Assembly: GCA_964016885.1 (NCBI GenBank)
Contig: OZ024743.1
Span: 131,564,001-131,628,000 of the forward strand
Origin: Eledone cirrhosa
Lineage: Eukaryota
Reading direction: 5' to 3'
Length of the DNA: 64,000 bases
Shown: positions 1 to 14,400 of the stretch, in pieces
Numbering within the stretch: the first letter of the stretch is position 1
Layout of the letters: every line of letters begins with the position of its first letter
Made by a program: the position numbers and the translations under genes
The notes under the pieces: model-generated
What the model saw: the letters and a program-made list of their open reading frames with translations, nothing else
What the model was told of the DNA's origin: nothing
Database searches by the model: none

Positions 1-721
1 CACCAAGCACCAAACACCAAGCACCAAACAGCAAGCACCAAGCACCAAGCACCAGACACCAAGCACCAAGCACCAAACACCAAACACCAAGCACCAAGCA
101 CTAAACACCAAACACCAAGCACCAAGCACCAAGCACCAAGCACCAAGCACCAAACACCAAGCACCAAGCAGCAAGCACCAAGCACCAAGCACCAAACACC
201 AAGCACCAAGCACCAAACAGCAAACACCAAGCACCAAACACCAAACACCAAGCACCAAGCACCAAACACCAAACACCAAACACCAAGCAGCAAGCCCCAA
301 GCACCAAACACCAAGCACCAAGCACCAAACACCAAGCACGAAGCACCAAGCTCCATGCACCAAACACCAAGCACCAAGCACCAAACAGCAAACACCAAAC
401 AGCAAACACCAAACACCAAACACCAACCAGCAAACACCAAACACCAAACACCAAACACCAAACACCAAACAGCAAACACCAAACAGCAAACACCAAACAC
501 CAAAGACCAAACAGCAAATGCCAAAAAGCAAACGCCAAACCCCAAACGCCAAACAGCAAATGCCAAACCCCAAACGCCAAACAGCAAACGCCAAGCGCCA
601 AACGCCAAACACCAAGTGTCAAGCACCAAACACCAAACACCAAGCACCAAGCACCAAGCACCAAACACCAAACACCAAGCACCAAGTACCAAACACCAAA
701 CACCAAGCACCAAACACCAAA

Positions 722-805
722 CAGCAAACGCCAAAAAGCAAACGCCAAACCCCATACGCCAAACAGCAAATGCCAAACCCCAAACGCCAAACAGCAAACG
801 CCAAG
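722..805 (+). repeat. Representative 12-monomer (84-bp) CpG-rich cassette
   Basis: CAGCAAA CGCCAAA AAGCAAA CGCCAAA CCCCATA CGCCAAA CAGCAAA TGCCAAA CCCCAAA CGCCAAA CAGCAAA CGCCAAG. Variant copies occur at e.g. 512, 1149, 1352, 7819, 8281 and many more. Confidence 0.93.
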
Positions 806-3429
806 CACCAAACACCAAGCACCAAGCACCAAACACCAAACACCAAGCACCAATCACCAAACACCAAGCACCAAGCGCCAAGCACCAAACACCAAACACC
901 TAGCACCAAGCACCAAGCACCAAACACCAAGTACCAAACACCAATCACCAAGCCCCAAGCACCAAACAACAAGCGCCAAGCACCAAACACCAAACACCAA
1001 GCACCAAGCACCCAGAACCAAGCACCAAGCACCAAACACCAAGCACCAAGCACCGAGCACCAAACACCAAGAACCAAGCACCAAGCTCTAAACACCAAAC
1101 ACCAAACACCAAGCACCAAACACCAAACACCAAACACCAAACACCAAACAGCAAATGCCAAAAAGCAAACGCCAAATCCCAAACGCCAAACAGTAAATGC
1201 CAAACCCCAAACGCCAAACAGCAAACGCCAAGCGCCAAACGCCAAACACCAAGCGCCAAGCACCAAACACCAAACACCAAGCACCAAGCACCAAACACCA
1301 AACACCAAGCACCAAGTACCAAACACCAAACACCAAGCACCAAACACCAAACAGCAAACGCCAAAAAGCAAACGCCAAACCCCATACGCCAAACAGCAAA
1401 TGCCAAACCCCAAACGCCAAACAGCAAACGCCAAGCACCGAACACCAAACACCAAGCGCCAAGCACCAAACACCAAACACCAAGCACCAAGCACCAAACA
1501 CCAAACCCCAAGCACCAATCACCAAACACCAAGCACCAAGCGCCAAGCACCAAACACCAAACACCTAGCACCAAGCACCAAGCACCAAACACCAAGTACC
1601 AAACACCAATCACCAAGCCCCAAGCACCAAACACCAAGCACCAAGCACCAAACACCAAACACCAAGCACCAAGCACCCAGAACCAAGCACGAAGCACCAA
1701 ACACCAAGCACCAAGCACCGAGCACCAAACACCAAGAACCAAGCACCAAGCACTAAACACCAAACACCAAGCACCAAGCACCAAACACCAAACACCAAGC
1801 ACCAAACACCAAACAGCAAACGCCAAAGAGCAAACGCCAAACCCCATATGCCAAACAGCAAATGCCAAACTCCAAACGCCAAACAGCAAACGCCAGGCAC
1901 CAAACACCAAACACCAAGCGCCAAGCACCAAACACCAATCACCAAGCCCGAAGCACCAAACACCAAGCACCAAGCACCAAACACCAAACACCAAGCACCA
2001 TGCACCAAGGACCAAGCACCAAACACCAAGCACCAAGCACCGAGCACCAAACACCAAGAACCAAGCACCAAGCACTAAACACCAAACACCAAGCACCAAG
2101 CACCAAACACCAAACACCAAGCACCAAGTACAAAACTCCAAACACCAAACACCAAGCACCAAGCACCAAATCCCAAGCACCAAACACCAAGCACCAATCA
2201 CCAAACACCAAACACCAAGCACCAAGCACCAAACTCCAAAAACCAAGCACCAAGCACCAAGCACCAAACACCAAACGCCAAACACCAAACACCAAGTACC
2301 AAGCACCAAACACCAAGCACCAAGCGCCAAAGACCAAACACCAAGCACCAAGCACGAAACACCAAGCACCAAGCACCGAGCACCAAACACCAAGTACCAA
2401 GCACCAATCACCAAACACCAAGCACCAAGCACCAAACACCAAACACCAAGCACCAAGCAGCAAGTATCAAGCACCAAGCACCAAACACCAACCACCAAGC
2501 ACCAAACACCAAACACAAAACAACAAGTACCAAGCACCAAACACCAAACACCAAACACCAAACACCAAGCACCAAGCACAAGACACCAAGCACCAAGCAC
2601 CAAGCACCAAGCACCAAAAACCAAGCACCAAGCTCCAAGCACCAAACACCAAGCACCAAACACCAAACACCAAGCACCAAGCACCAAACACCAAGCACCA
2701 AGCGCCAAACACCAAACACCAAGCACCAAGCACCAAACACCAAGCACCAACCACCAAGCACCAAACACCAAGCACCAAGCACCAAGCACCAAGCACCAAG
2801 CACCAAGCACCAAGCACCAAACACCAAGCACCAAGCACCAAACAGCAAACACCAAGCACCAAACACCAAACACCAAGCACCAAGCAACAAACACCAAACA
2901 CCAAGCACCAAACACCAAGCACCAAGCCCCAAGCACGAAACACCAAGCACCAAGCACGAAACACCAAGCACCAAGCACCAAGCACCATGCACCAAACACC
3001 AAGCACCAAGCACCAAACAGCAAACACCAAACAGCAAACACCAAACAGCAAACACCAAACAGCAAACACCAAACAGCAAACACCAAACAGCAAACGCCAA
3101 AAAGCAAACGCCAAACTCCAAACGCCAAACAGCAAATGCCAAACCCAAACGCCAAACAGCAAACGCCAAGCACAAAACACCAAACACCAAGCGCCAAGCA
3201 CCAAACACCAAACACCAAGCACCAAGCACCAAACACCAAACACCAAGCACCAAGTACCAAACACCAAACACCAAGCACCAAACACCAAACAGCAAACGCA
3301 AAAAAGCAAACGCCAAACCCCATACGCTAAACAGCAAATGCCAAACCCCAAATGCCAAACGGCAAACGCCAAGCACCAAACACCAAACACCAAGCGCCAA
3401 GCACCAAACACCAAACACCAAGCACCAAG

Positions 3430-5434
3430 CACCAGACACCAAACACCAAGCACCAATCACCAAACACCAAACACCAAGCGCCAAACACCAAACACCAAAC
3501 ACCTATCACCAAGCACCAATCACCAAACACCAAGCACCAAACACCAAGCACCAAGCACCAAGCACCAAGCACCAAACACCAATCACCAAGCCCCAAGCAC
3601 CAAACACCAAGCACCCAGCACCAAACACCAAACACCAAGCACCAAGCACCCAGAACAAAGCACCAAGCACCAAACACCAAACACCAAGCTCCAAGCACCA
3701 AACACCAAACACCAAGCACCAAGCACCAAGCACCAAACACCAAACACCAAGCACCAATCACCAAACACCAGGCACCAAGCGCCAAACACCAAACACCAAA
3801 CACCTAGCACCAAGCACCAAGCACCGAACACCAAGCACCAAGCACCAAGCACCAAGCACCAAGCACCAAACACCAATCACCAAGCCCCAAGCACCAAACA
3901 CCAAGCACCAAGCACCAAACACCAAACACCAAGCACCAAGCACCAAACACCAAACACCAAGCACCAAGCACCAAGCACCAAGCACCAAACACCATACACC
4001 AAACAGCAAACGCCAAAAAGCAAACGCCAAACCCCATACGCCAAACAGCAAATGCCAAACCCCAAACGCCAAACAGCAAACGCCAAGCACCAAACACCAA
4101 ACACCAAACACCAAGCACCAATCACCAAACACCAAGCACCAAGCGCCAAGCACCAGACACCAAGCACCAAGCACCAAACACCAAACACCAAGCACCAAGC
4201 ACTAAACACCAAACACCAAGCACCAAGCACCAAGCACCAAGCACCAAACACCAAGCACCAAGCACCAAGCACCAAGCACCAAGCACCAAACACCAAGCAC
4301 CAAGCACCAAACAGCAAACACCAAGCACCAAACACCAAACACCAAGCACCAAGCACCAAACACCAAACACCAAACACCAAGCACCAAGCCCCAAGCACCA
4401 AACACCAAGCACCAAGCACCAAACACCAAGCACGAAGCACCAAGCACCATGCACCAAACACCAAGCACCAAGCACCAAACAGCAAACACCAAACAGCAAA
4501 CACCAAACACCAAACACCAACCAGCAAACACCAAACACCAAACAACAAACAGCAAACACCAAACAGCAAACACCAAACAGCAAACACCAAACACCAAACA
4601 CCAAACAGCAAACGCCAATAAGCAAACGCCAAACCCCATACGCCAAACAGCAAATGCCAAACCCCAAACGCCAAACAGCAAACGCCAAGCACCGAACACC
4701 AAACACCAAGCGCCAAGCACCAAACACCAAACACCAAGCACCAATCACCAAACACCAAACACCAAGCACCAAGCACCAAACACCAAACACCAAGCACCAA
4801 TCACCAAACACCAAACACCAAGCGCCAAACACCAAACACCAAACACCTATCACCAAGCACCAAGCACCAAACACCAAGCACCAAACACCAAGCACCAAGC
4901 ACCAAGCACCAAGCACCAAACACAAATCACCTAGCCCCAAGCACCAAACACCAAGCACCCAGCACCAAACACCAAACACCAAGCACCAAGCACCCAGAAC
5001 AAAGCACCAAGCACCAAACACCAAACACCAACCTCCAAGCACCAAACACCAAACACCAAGCACCAAGCACCAAGCACCAAACACCAAACACCAAGCACCA
5101 ATCACCAAACACCAAGCACCAAGCGCCAAACACCAAACACCAAACACCTAGCACCAAGCACCAAGCACCGAACACCAAGCACCAAGCACCAAGCACCAAG
5201 CACCAAGCACCAAACACCAATCACCAAGCCCCAAGCACCAAACACCAAGCACCAAGCACCAAACACCAAACACCAAGCACCAAGCACCAAACACCAAACA
5301 CCAAGCACCAAGCACCAAGCACCAAGCACCAAACACCATACACCAAACAGCAAACGCCAAAAAGCAAACGCCAAACCCCATACGCCAAACAGCAAATGCC
5401 AAACCCCAAACACCAAACAGCAAACGCCAAGCAC
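3430..5434. repeat. Partial tandem duplication, offset 1,344 bp (192 monomers)
   Basis: CACCTAT occurs at 3500 and 4844. ORF pair 3583..3876 / 4927..5220 and ORF starts 3758/5102 are offset by 1344. Boundaries are approximate. Confidence 0.7.
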
Positions 5435-8400
5435 CAAACACCAAACACCAAGCGCCAAGCACCAAACACCAAACACCAAGCACCAAGCACCAAACACCAA
5501 ACACCAAGCACCAATCACCAAACACCAAGCACCAAGCGCCAAGCACCAGACACCAAGCACCAAGCACCAAACACCAAACACCAAGCACCAAGCACTAAAC
5601 ACCAAACACCAAGCACCAATCACCAAACACCAAGCACCAAGCACCAAGCACCAAGCACCAAACACCAAGCACCAAGCACCAAGCACCAAGCACCAAGCAC
5701 CAAACACCAAGCACCAAGCACCAAACAGCAAACACCAAGCACCAAACACCAAACACCAAGCACCAAGCACCAAACACCAAACACCAAACACCAAGCACCA
5801 AGCCCCAAGCACCAAACACCAAGCACCAAGCACCAAACACCAAGCACGAAGCACCAAGCACCATGCACCAAACACCAAGCACCAAGCACCAAACAGCAAA
5901 CACCAAACAGCAAACACCAAACACCAAACACCAAACAGCAAACACCAAACAGCAAACACCAAACAGCAAACAGCAAACACCAAACACCAAACAGCAAACG
6001 CCAAAAAGCAAACGCCAAACCCCATACGCCAAACAGCAAATGCCAAACCCCACACGCCAAACAGCAAACGCCAAGCACCGAACACCAAACACCAAGCGCC
6101 AAGCACCAAACACCAAACACCAAGCACCAAGCACCAAACACCAAACACCAAGCACCAATCACCAAACACCAAGCACCAAGCGCCAAGCACCAAACACCAA
6201 ACACCTAGCACCAAGCACCAAGCACCAAACACCAATCACCAAGCCCCAAGCACCAAACACCAAGCACCAAGCACCAAACACCAAACACCAAGCACCAAGC
6301 ACCCAGAACCAAGCACCAAGCACCAAACACCAAGCACCAAGCACCGAGCACCAAACACCAAGAACCAAGCACCAAGCACTAAACACCAAACACCAAGCAC
6401 CAAGCACCAAACACCAAACACCAAGCACCAAACACCAAACAGCAAACGCCAAAAAGCAAACGCCAAACCCCATATGCCAAACAGCAAATGCCAAACTCCA
6501 AACGCCAAACAGCAAACGCCAGGCACCAAACACCAAACACCAAGCGCCAAGCACCAAACACCAGACACCAAGCACCAAGCACCAAACACCAAACACCAAG
6601 CACCAATCACCAAACACCAAGCACCAAGCGCCAAACACCAAACACCAAACACCTAGCACCAAGCACCAAGCACCGAACACCAAGCACCAAGCACCAAGCA
6701 CCAAGCACCAAGCACCAAACACCAATCACCAAGCCCCAAGCACCAAACACCAAGCACCAAGCACCAAACACCAAACACCAAGCACCAAGCACCAAACACC
6801 AAACACCAAGCACCAAGCACCCAGAACAAAGCACCAAGCACCAAACACCAAACACCAACCTCCAAGCACCAAACACCAAACACCAAGCACCAAGCACCAA
6901 GCACCAAACACCAAACACCAAGCACCAATCACCAAACACCAAGCACCAAGCGCCAAACACCAAACACCAAACACCTAGCACCAAGCACCAAGCACCGAAC
7001 ACCAAGCACCAAGCACCAAGCACCAAGCACCAAGCACCAAACACCAATCACCAAGCCCCAAGCACCAAACACCAAGCACCAAGCACCAAACACCAAACAC
7101 CAAGCACCAAGCACCAAACACCAAACACCAAGCACCAAGCACCAAGCACCAAGCACCAAACACCATACACCAAACAGCAAACGCCAAAAAGCAAACGCCA
7201 AACCCCATACGCCAAACAGCAAATGCCAAACCCCAAACACCAAACAGCAAACGCCAAGCACCAAACACCAAACACCAAGCGCCAAGCACCAAACACCAAA
7301 CACCAAGCACCAAGCACCAAACACCAAACACCAAGCACCAATCACCAAACACCAAGCACCAAGCGCCAAGCACCAGACACCAAGCACCAAGCACCAAACA
7401 CCAAACACCAAGCACCAAGCACTAAACACCAAACACCAAGCACCAATCACCAAACACCAAGCACCAAGCACCAAGCACCAAGCACCAAACACCAAGCACC
7501 AAGCACCAAGCACCAAGCACCAAGCACCAAACACCAAGCACCAAGCACCAAACAGCAAACACCAAGCACCAAACACCAAACACCAAGCACCAAGCACCAA
7601 ACACCAAACACCAAACACCAAGCACCAAGCCCCAAGCACCAAACACCAAGCACCAAGCACCAAACACCAAGCACGAAGCACCAAGCACCATGCACCAAAC
7701 ACCAAGCACCAAGCACCAAACAGCAAACACCAAACAGCAAACACCAAACACCAAACACCAAACAACAAACACCAAACAGCAAACACCAAACAGCAAACAC
7801 CAAACACCAAACACCAAACAGCAAACGCCAAAAAGCAAACGCCAAACCCCATACGCCAAACAGCAAATGCCAAACCCCACACGCCAAACAGCAAACGCCA
7901 AGCACCGAACACCAAACACCAAGCGCCAAGCACCAAACACCAAACACCAAGCACCAAGCACCAAACACCAAACACCAAGCACCAATCACCAAACACCAAG
8001 CACCAAGCGCCAAGCACCAAACACCAAACACCTAGCACCAAGCACCAAGCACCAAACACCAAGTACCAAACACCAATCACCAAGCCCCAAGCACCAAACA
8101 CCAAGCACCAAGCACCAAACACCAAACACCAAGCACCAAGCACCCAGAACCAAGCACCAAGCACCAAACACCAAGCACCAAGCACCGAGCACCAAACACC
8201 AAGAACCAAGCACCAAGCACTAAACACCAAACACCAAGCACCAAGCACCAAACACCAAACACCAAGCACCAAACACCAAACAGCAAACGCCAAAAAGCAA
8301 ACGCCAAACCCCATATGCCAAACAGCAAATGCCAAACTCCAAACGCCAAACAGCAAACGCCAGGCACCAAACACCAAACACCAAGCGCCAAGCACCAAAC

Positions 8401-8470
8401 ACCAGACACCAAGCACCAAGCACCAAACACCAAACACCAAGCACCAATCACCAAACACCAAGCACCAAGC
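4963..8470. repeat. Tandem duplication, unit 1,827 bp (261 monomers), 1,841 bp after a 14-bp indel
   Basis: The shared private variant CACCAAC-CTCCAAG is at 5026 and 6853, and CCCCACA is in both copies. Near-identical ORF pairs: 5595/7422 and 5620/7447 (offset 1827), 6236/8077 (offset 1841). Confidence 0.85.
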
Positions 8471-11400
8471 GCCAAGCACCAAACACCAAACACCTAGCAC
8501 CAAGCAGCAAGCACCAAACACCAAGCACCAAACACCAATCACCAAGCCCCAAGCACCAAACACCAAGCCCCAAGCACCAAACACCAAACACCAAGCACCA
8601 AGCACCAAGGACCAAGCACCAAACACCAAGCACCAAGCACCGAGCACCAAACACCAAGAACCAAGCACCAAGCACTAAACACCAAACACCAAGCACCAAG
8701 CACCAAACACCAAACACCAAGCACCAAGTACAAAACTCCAAACACCAAACACCACGCACCAAGCACCAAATCCCAAGCACCAAACACCAAGCACCAATCA
8801 CCAAACACCAAACACCAAGCACCAAGCACCAAACTCCAAAAACCAAGCACCAAGCACCAAGCACCAAACACCAAACGCCAAACACCAAACACCAAGTACC
8901 AAGCACCAAACACCAAGCACCAAGCGCCAAAGACCAAACACCAAGCACCAAGCACGAAACACCAAGCTCCAAGCACCGAGCACCAAACACCAAGCACCGA
9001 GCACCAAACACCAAGTACCAAGCACCAATCACCAAACACCAAGCACCAAGCACCAAACACCAAACACCAAGCACCAAGCACCAAGCATCAAGCACCAAGC
9101 ACCAAACACCAACCACCAAGCACCAAACACCAAACACAAAACAACAAGTACCAAGCACCAAACACCAAACACCAAACACCAAACACCAAGCACCAAGCAC
9201 AAGACACCAAGCACCAAGCACCAAGCACCAAGCACCAAAAACCAAGCACCAAGCTCCAAGCACCAAACACCAAGCACCAAACACCAAACACCAAGCACCA
9301 AGCACCAAACACCAAGCACCACGCGCCAAACACCAAACACCAAGCACCAAGCACCAAACACCAAGCACCAACCACCAAGCACCAAACACCAAGCACCAAG
9401 CACCAAGCACCAAGCACAAAGCACCAAACACCAAGCACCAAGCACCAAACAGCAAACACCAAGCACCAAACACCAAACACCAAGCACCAAGCAACAAACA
9501 CCAAACACCAAGCACCAAACACCAAGCACCAAGCCCCAAGCACGAAACACCAAGCACCATGCACCAAACACCAAGCACCAAGCACCAAACAGCAAACACC
9601 AAACAGCAAACACCAAACAGCAAACACCAAACAGCAAACACCAAACAGCAAACACCAAACAGCAAACGCCAAAAAGCAAACGCCAAACTCCAAACGCCAA
9701 ACAGCAAATGCCAAACCCAAACGCCAAACAGCAAACGCCAAGCACATAACACCAAACACCAAGCGCCAAGCACCAAACACCAAACACCAAGCACCAAGCA
9801 CCAAACACCAAACACCAAGCACCAAGTACCAAACACCAAACACCAAGCACCAAACACCAAACAGCAAACGCAAAAAAGCAAACGCCAAACCCCATACGCC
9901 AAACAGCAAATGCCAAACCCCAAATGCCAAACGGCAAACGCCAAGCACCAAACACCAAACACCAAGCGCCAAGCACCAAACACCAAACACCAAGCACCAA
10001 GCACCAAACACCAAACACCAAGCACCAATCACCAAACACCAAACACCAAGCGCCAAACACCAAACACCAAACACCTATCACCAAGCACCAAGCACCAAGC
10101 ACCAAGCACCAAACACCAATCACCAAGCCCCAAGCACCAAACACCAAGCACCCAGCACCAAACACCAAACACCAAACACCAAGCACCAAGCACCCAGAAC
10201 AAAGCACCAAGCACCAAACACCAAACACCAAGCTCCAAGCACCAAACACCAAACACCAAGCACCAAGCACCAAGCACCAAACACCAAACACCAAGCACCA
10301 ATCACCAAACACCAAGCACCAAGCGCCAAACACCAAACACCAAACACCTAGCACCAAGCACCAAGCACCGAACACCAAGCACCAAGCACCAAGCACCAAG
10401 CACCAAGCACCAAACACCAATCACCAAGCCCCAAGCACCAAACACCAAGCACCAAGCACCAAGCACCAAACACCAAACACCAAGCACCAAGCACCAAACA
10501 CCAAGCACCAAGCACCAAGCACCAAGCACCAAGCACCAAACACCATACACCAAACAGCAAACGCCAAAAAGCAAACGCCAAACCCCATACGCCAAACAGC
10601 AAATGCCAAACCCCAAACGCCAAACAGCAAACGCCAAGCACCAAACACCAAACACCAAGCGCCAAGCACCAAACACCAAACACCAAGCACCAAGCACCAA
10701 ACACCAAACACCAAGCACCAATCACCAAACACCAAGCACCAAGCGCCAAGCACCAGACACCAAGCACCAAGCACCAAACACCAAACACCAAGCACCAAGC
10801 ACTAAACACCAAACACCAAGCACCAAGCACCAAGCACCAAGCACCAAGCACCAAACACCAAGCACCAAGCACCAAGCACCAAGCACCAAGCACCAAACAC
10901 CAAGCACCAAGCACCAAACAGCAAACACCAAGCACCAAACACCAAACACCAAGCACCAAGCACCAAACACCAAACACCAAACACCAAGCACCAAGCCCCA
11001 AGCACCAAACACCAAGCACCAAGCACCAAACACCAAGCACGAAGCACCAAGCACCATGCACCAAACACCAAGCACCAAGCACCAAACAGCAAACACAAAA
11101 CAGCAAACACCAAACACCAAACACCAACCAGCAAACACCAAACACCAAACACCAAACAGCAAACTCCAAACAGCAAACACCAAACAGCAAACACCAAACA
11201 CCAAACACCAAACAGCAAATGCCAAAAAGCAAACGCCAAACCCCAAACGCCAAACAGCAAATGCCAAACCCCAAACGCCAAACAGCAAACGCCAAGCGCC
11301 AAACGCCAAACACCAAGTGCCAAGCACCAAACACCAAACACCAAGCACCAAGCACCAAGCACCAAACACCAAACAGCAAACGCCAAAAAGCAAACGCCAA

Positions 11401-14400
11401 ACCCCATACGCCAAACAGCAAATGCCAAACCCCAAACGCCAAACAGCAAACGCCAAGCACCAAACACCAAACACCAAGCACCAAGCACCAAACACCAAAC
11501 ACCACGCACCAAGCACCAAGGACCAAGCACCAAACACCAAGCACCAAGCACCGAGCACCAAACACCAAGAACCAAGCACCAAGCACTAAACACCAAACAC
11601 CAAGCACCAAGCACCAAACACCAAACACCAAGCACCAAGTACAAAACTCCAAACACCAAACACCAAGCACCAAGCACCAAATCCCAAGCACCAAACACCA
11701 AGCACCAATCATCAAACACCAAACAGCAAGCACCAAGCACCAAACTCCAAAAACCAAGCACCAAGCACCAAGCACCAAACACCAAACGCCAAATACCAAA
11801 CACCAAGTACCAAGCACCAAACACCAAGCACCAAGCGCCAAAGACCAAACACCAAGCACCAAGCACGAAACACCAAGCACCAAGCACCGAGCACCAAACA
11901 CCAAGTACCAAGCACCAATCACCAAACACCAAGCACCAAGCACCAAACACCAAACACCAAGCACCAAGCACCAAGCATCAAGCACCAAGCACCAAACACC
12001 AACCACCAAGCACCAAACACCAAACACAAAACAACAAGTACCAAGCACCAAACACCAAACAGCAAACGCCAAAAAGCAAACGCCAAACCCCATACGCCAA
12101 ACAGCAAATGCCAAACCCCAAACGCCAAACAGCAAACGCCAAGCACCAAACACCAAACACCAAGCGCCAAGCACCAAACACCAAACACCAAGCACCAATC
12201 ACCAAACACCAAACACCAAGCACCAATCACCAAACACCAAGCACCAAGCGCCAAGCACCAGACACCAAGCACCAAGCACCAAACACCAAACACCAAGCAC
12301 CAAGCACTAAACACCAAACACCAAGCACCAAGCACCAAGCACCAAGCACCAAGCACCAAACACCAAGCACCAAGCGCCAAACACCAAACACCAAGCACCA
12401 AGCACCAAACACCAAGCACCAACCACCAAGCACCAAACACCAAGGACCAAGCACTAAGCACCAAGCACCAAGCACCAAACACCAAGCACCAAGCACCAAA
12501 CAGCAAACACCAAGCTCCAAACACCAAACACCAAGCACCAAGCAACAAACACCAAACACCAAGCACCAAACACCAAGCACCAAGCCCCAAGCACGAAACA
12601 CCAAGCACCAAGCACGAAACACCAAGCACCAAGCACCAAGCACCATGCACCAAACACCAAGCACCAAGCACCAAACAGCAAACACCAAACAGCAAACACC
12701 AAACAGCAAACACCAAACAGCAAACACCAAACAGCAAACACCAAACAGCAAACGCCAAAAAGCAAACGCCAAACTCCAAACGCCAAACAGCAAATGCCAA
12801 ACCCAAACGCCAAACAGCAAACGCCAAGCACAAAACACCAAACACCAAGCGCCAAGCACCAAACACCAAACACCAAGCACCAAGCACCAAACACCAAACA
12901 CCAAGCACCAAGTACCAAACACCAAACACCAAGCACCAAACACCAAACAGCAAACGCAAAAAAGCAAACGCCAAACCCCATACGCCAAACAGCAAATGCC
13001 AAACCCCAAATGCCAAACGGCAAACGCCAAGCACCAAACACCAAACACCAAGCGCCAAGCACCAAACACCAAACACCTATCACCAAGCACCAAGCACCAA
13101 GCACGAAGCACCAAACACCAATCACCAAGCCCCAAGCACCAAACACCAAGCACCCAGCACCAAACACCAAACACCAAGCACCAAGCACCCAGAACAAAGC
13201 ACCAAGCACCAAACACCAAACACCAAGCTCCAAGCACCAAACACCAAACACCAAGCACCAAGCACCAAGCACCAAACACCAAACACCAAGCACCAATCAC
13301 CAAACACCAAGCACCAAGCGCCAAACACCAAACACCAAACACCTAGCACCAAGCACCAAGCACCGAACACCAAGCACCAAGCACCAAGCACCAAGCACCA
13401 AGCACCAAACACCAATCACCAAGCCCCAAGCACCAAACACCAAGCACCAAGCACCAAGCACCAAACACCAAACACCAAGCACCAAGCACCAAACACCAAA
13501 CACCAAGCACCAAGCACCAAGCACCAAGCACCAAACACCATACACCAAACAGCAAACGCCAAAAAGCAAACGCCAAACCCCATACGCCAAACAGCAAATG
13601 CCAAACCCCAAACGCCAAACAGCAAACGCCAAGCACCAAAAACCAAACACCAAGCGCCAAGCACCAAACACCAAACACCAAGCACCAATCACCAAACACC
13701 AAACACCAAGCACCAATCACCAAACACCAAGCACCAAGCGCCAAGCACCAGACACCAAGAAAAAAGCACCAAACACCAAACACCAAGCACCAAGCACTAA
13801 ACACCAAACACCAAGCACCAAGCACCAAGCACCAAGCACCAAGCACCAAACACCAAGCACCAAGCACCAAGCACCAAGCACCAAGCACCAAACACCAAGC
13901 ACCAAGCACCAAACAGCAAACACCAAGCACCAAACACCAAACACCAAGCACCAAGCACCAAACACCAAACACCAAACACCAAGCACCAAGCCCCAAGCAC
14001 CAAACACCAAGCACCAAGCACCAAACACCAAGCACGAAGCACCAAGCACCATGCACCAAACACCAAGCACCAAGCACCAAACAGCAAACACCAAACAGCA
14101 AACACCAAACACCAAACACCAACCAGCAAACACCAAACACCAAACACCAAACAGCAAACACCAAACAGCAAACACCAAACAGCAAACACCAAACACCAAA
14201 CGCCAAACAGCAAATGCCAAAAAGCAAACGCCAAACCCCAAACGCCAAACAGCAAATGCCAAACCCCAAACGCCAAACAGCAAACGCCAAGCGCCAAACG
14301 CCAAACACCAAGTGCCAAGCACCAAACACCAAACACCAAGCACCAAGCACCAAGCACCAAACACCAAACAGCAAACGCCAAAAAGCAAACGCCAAACCCC

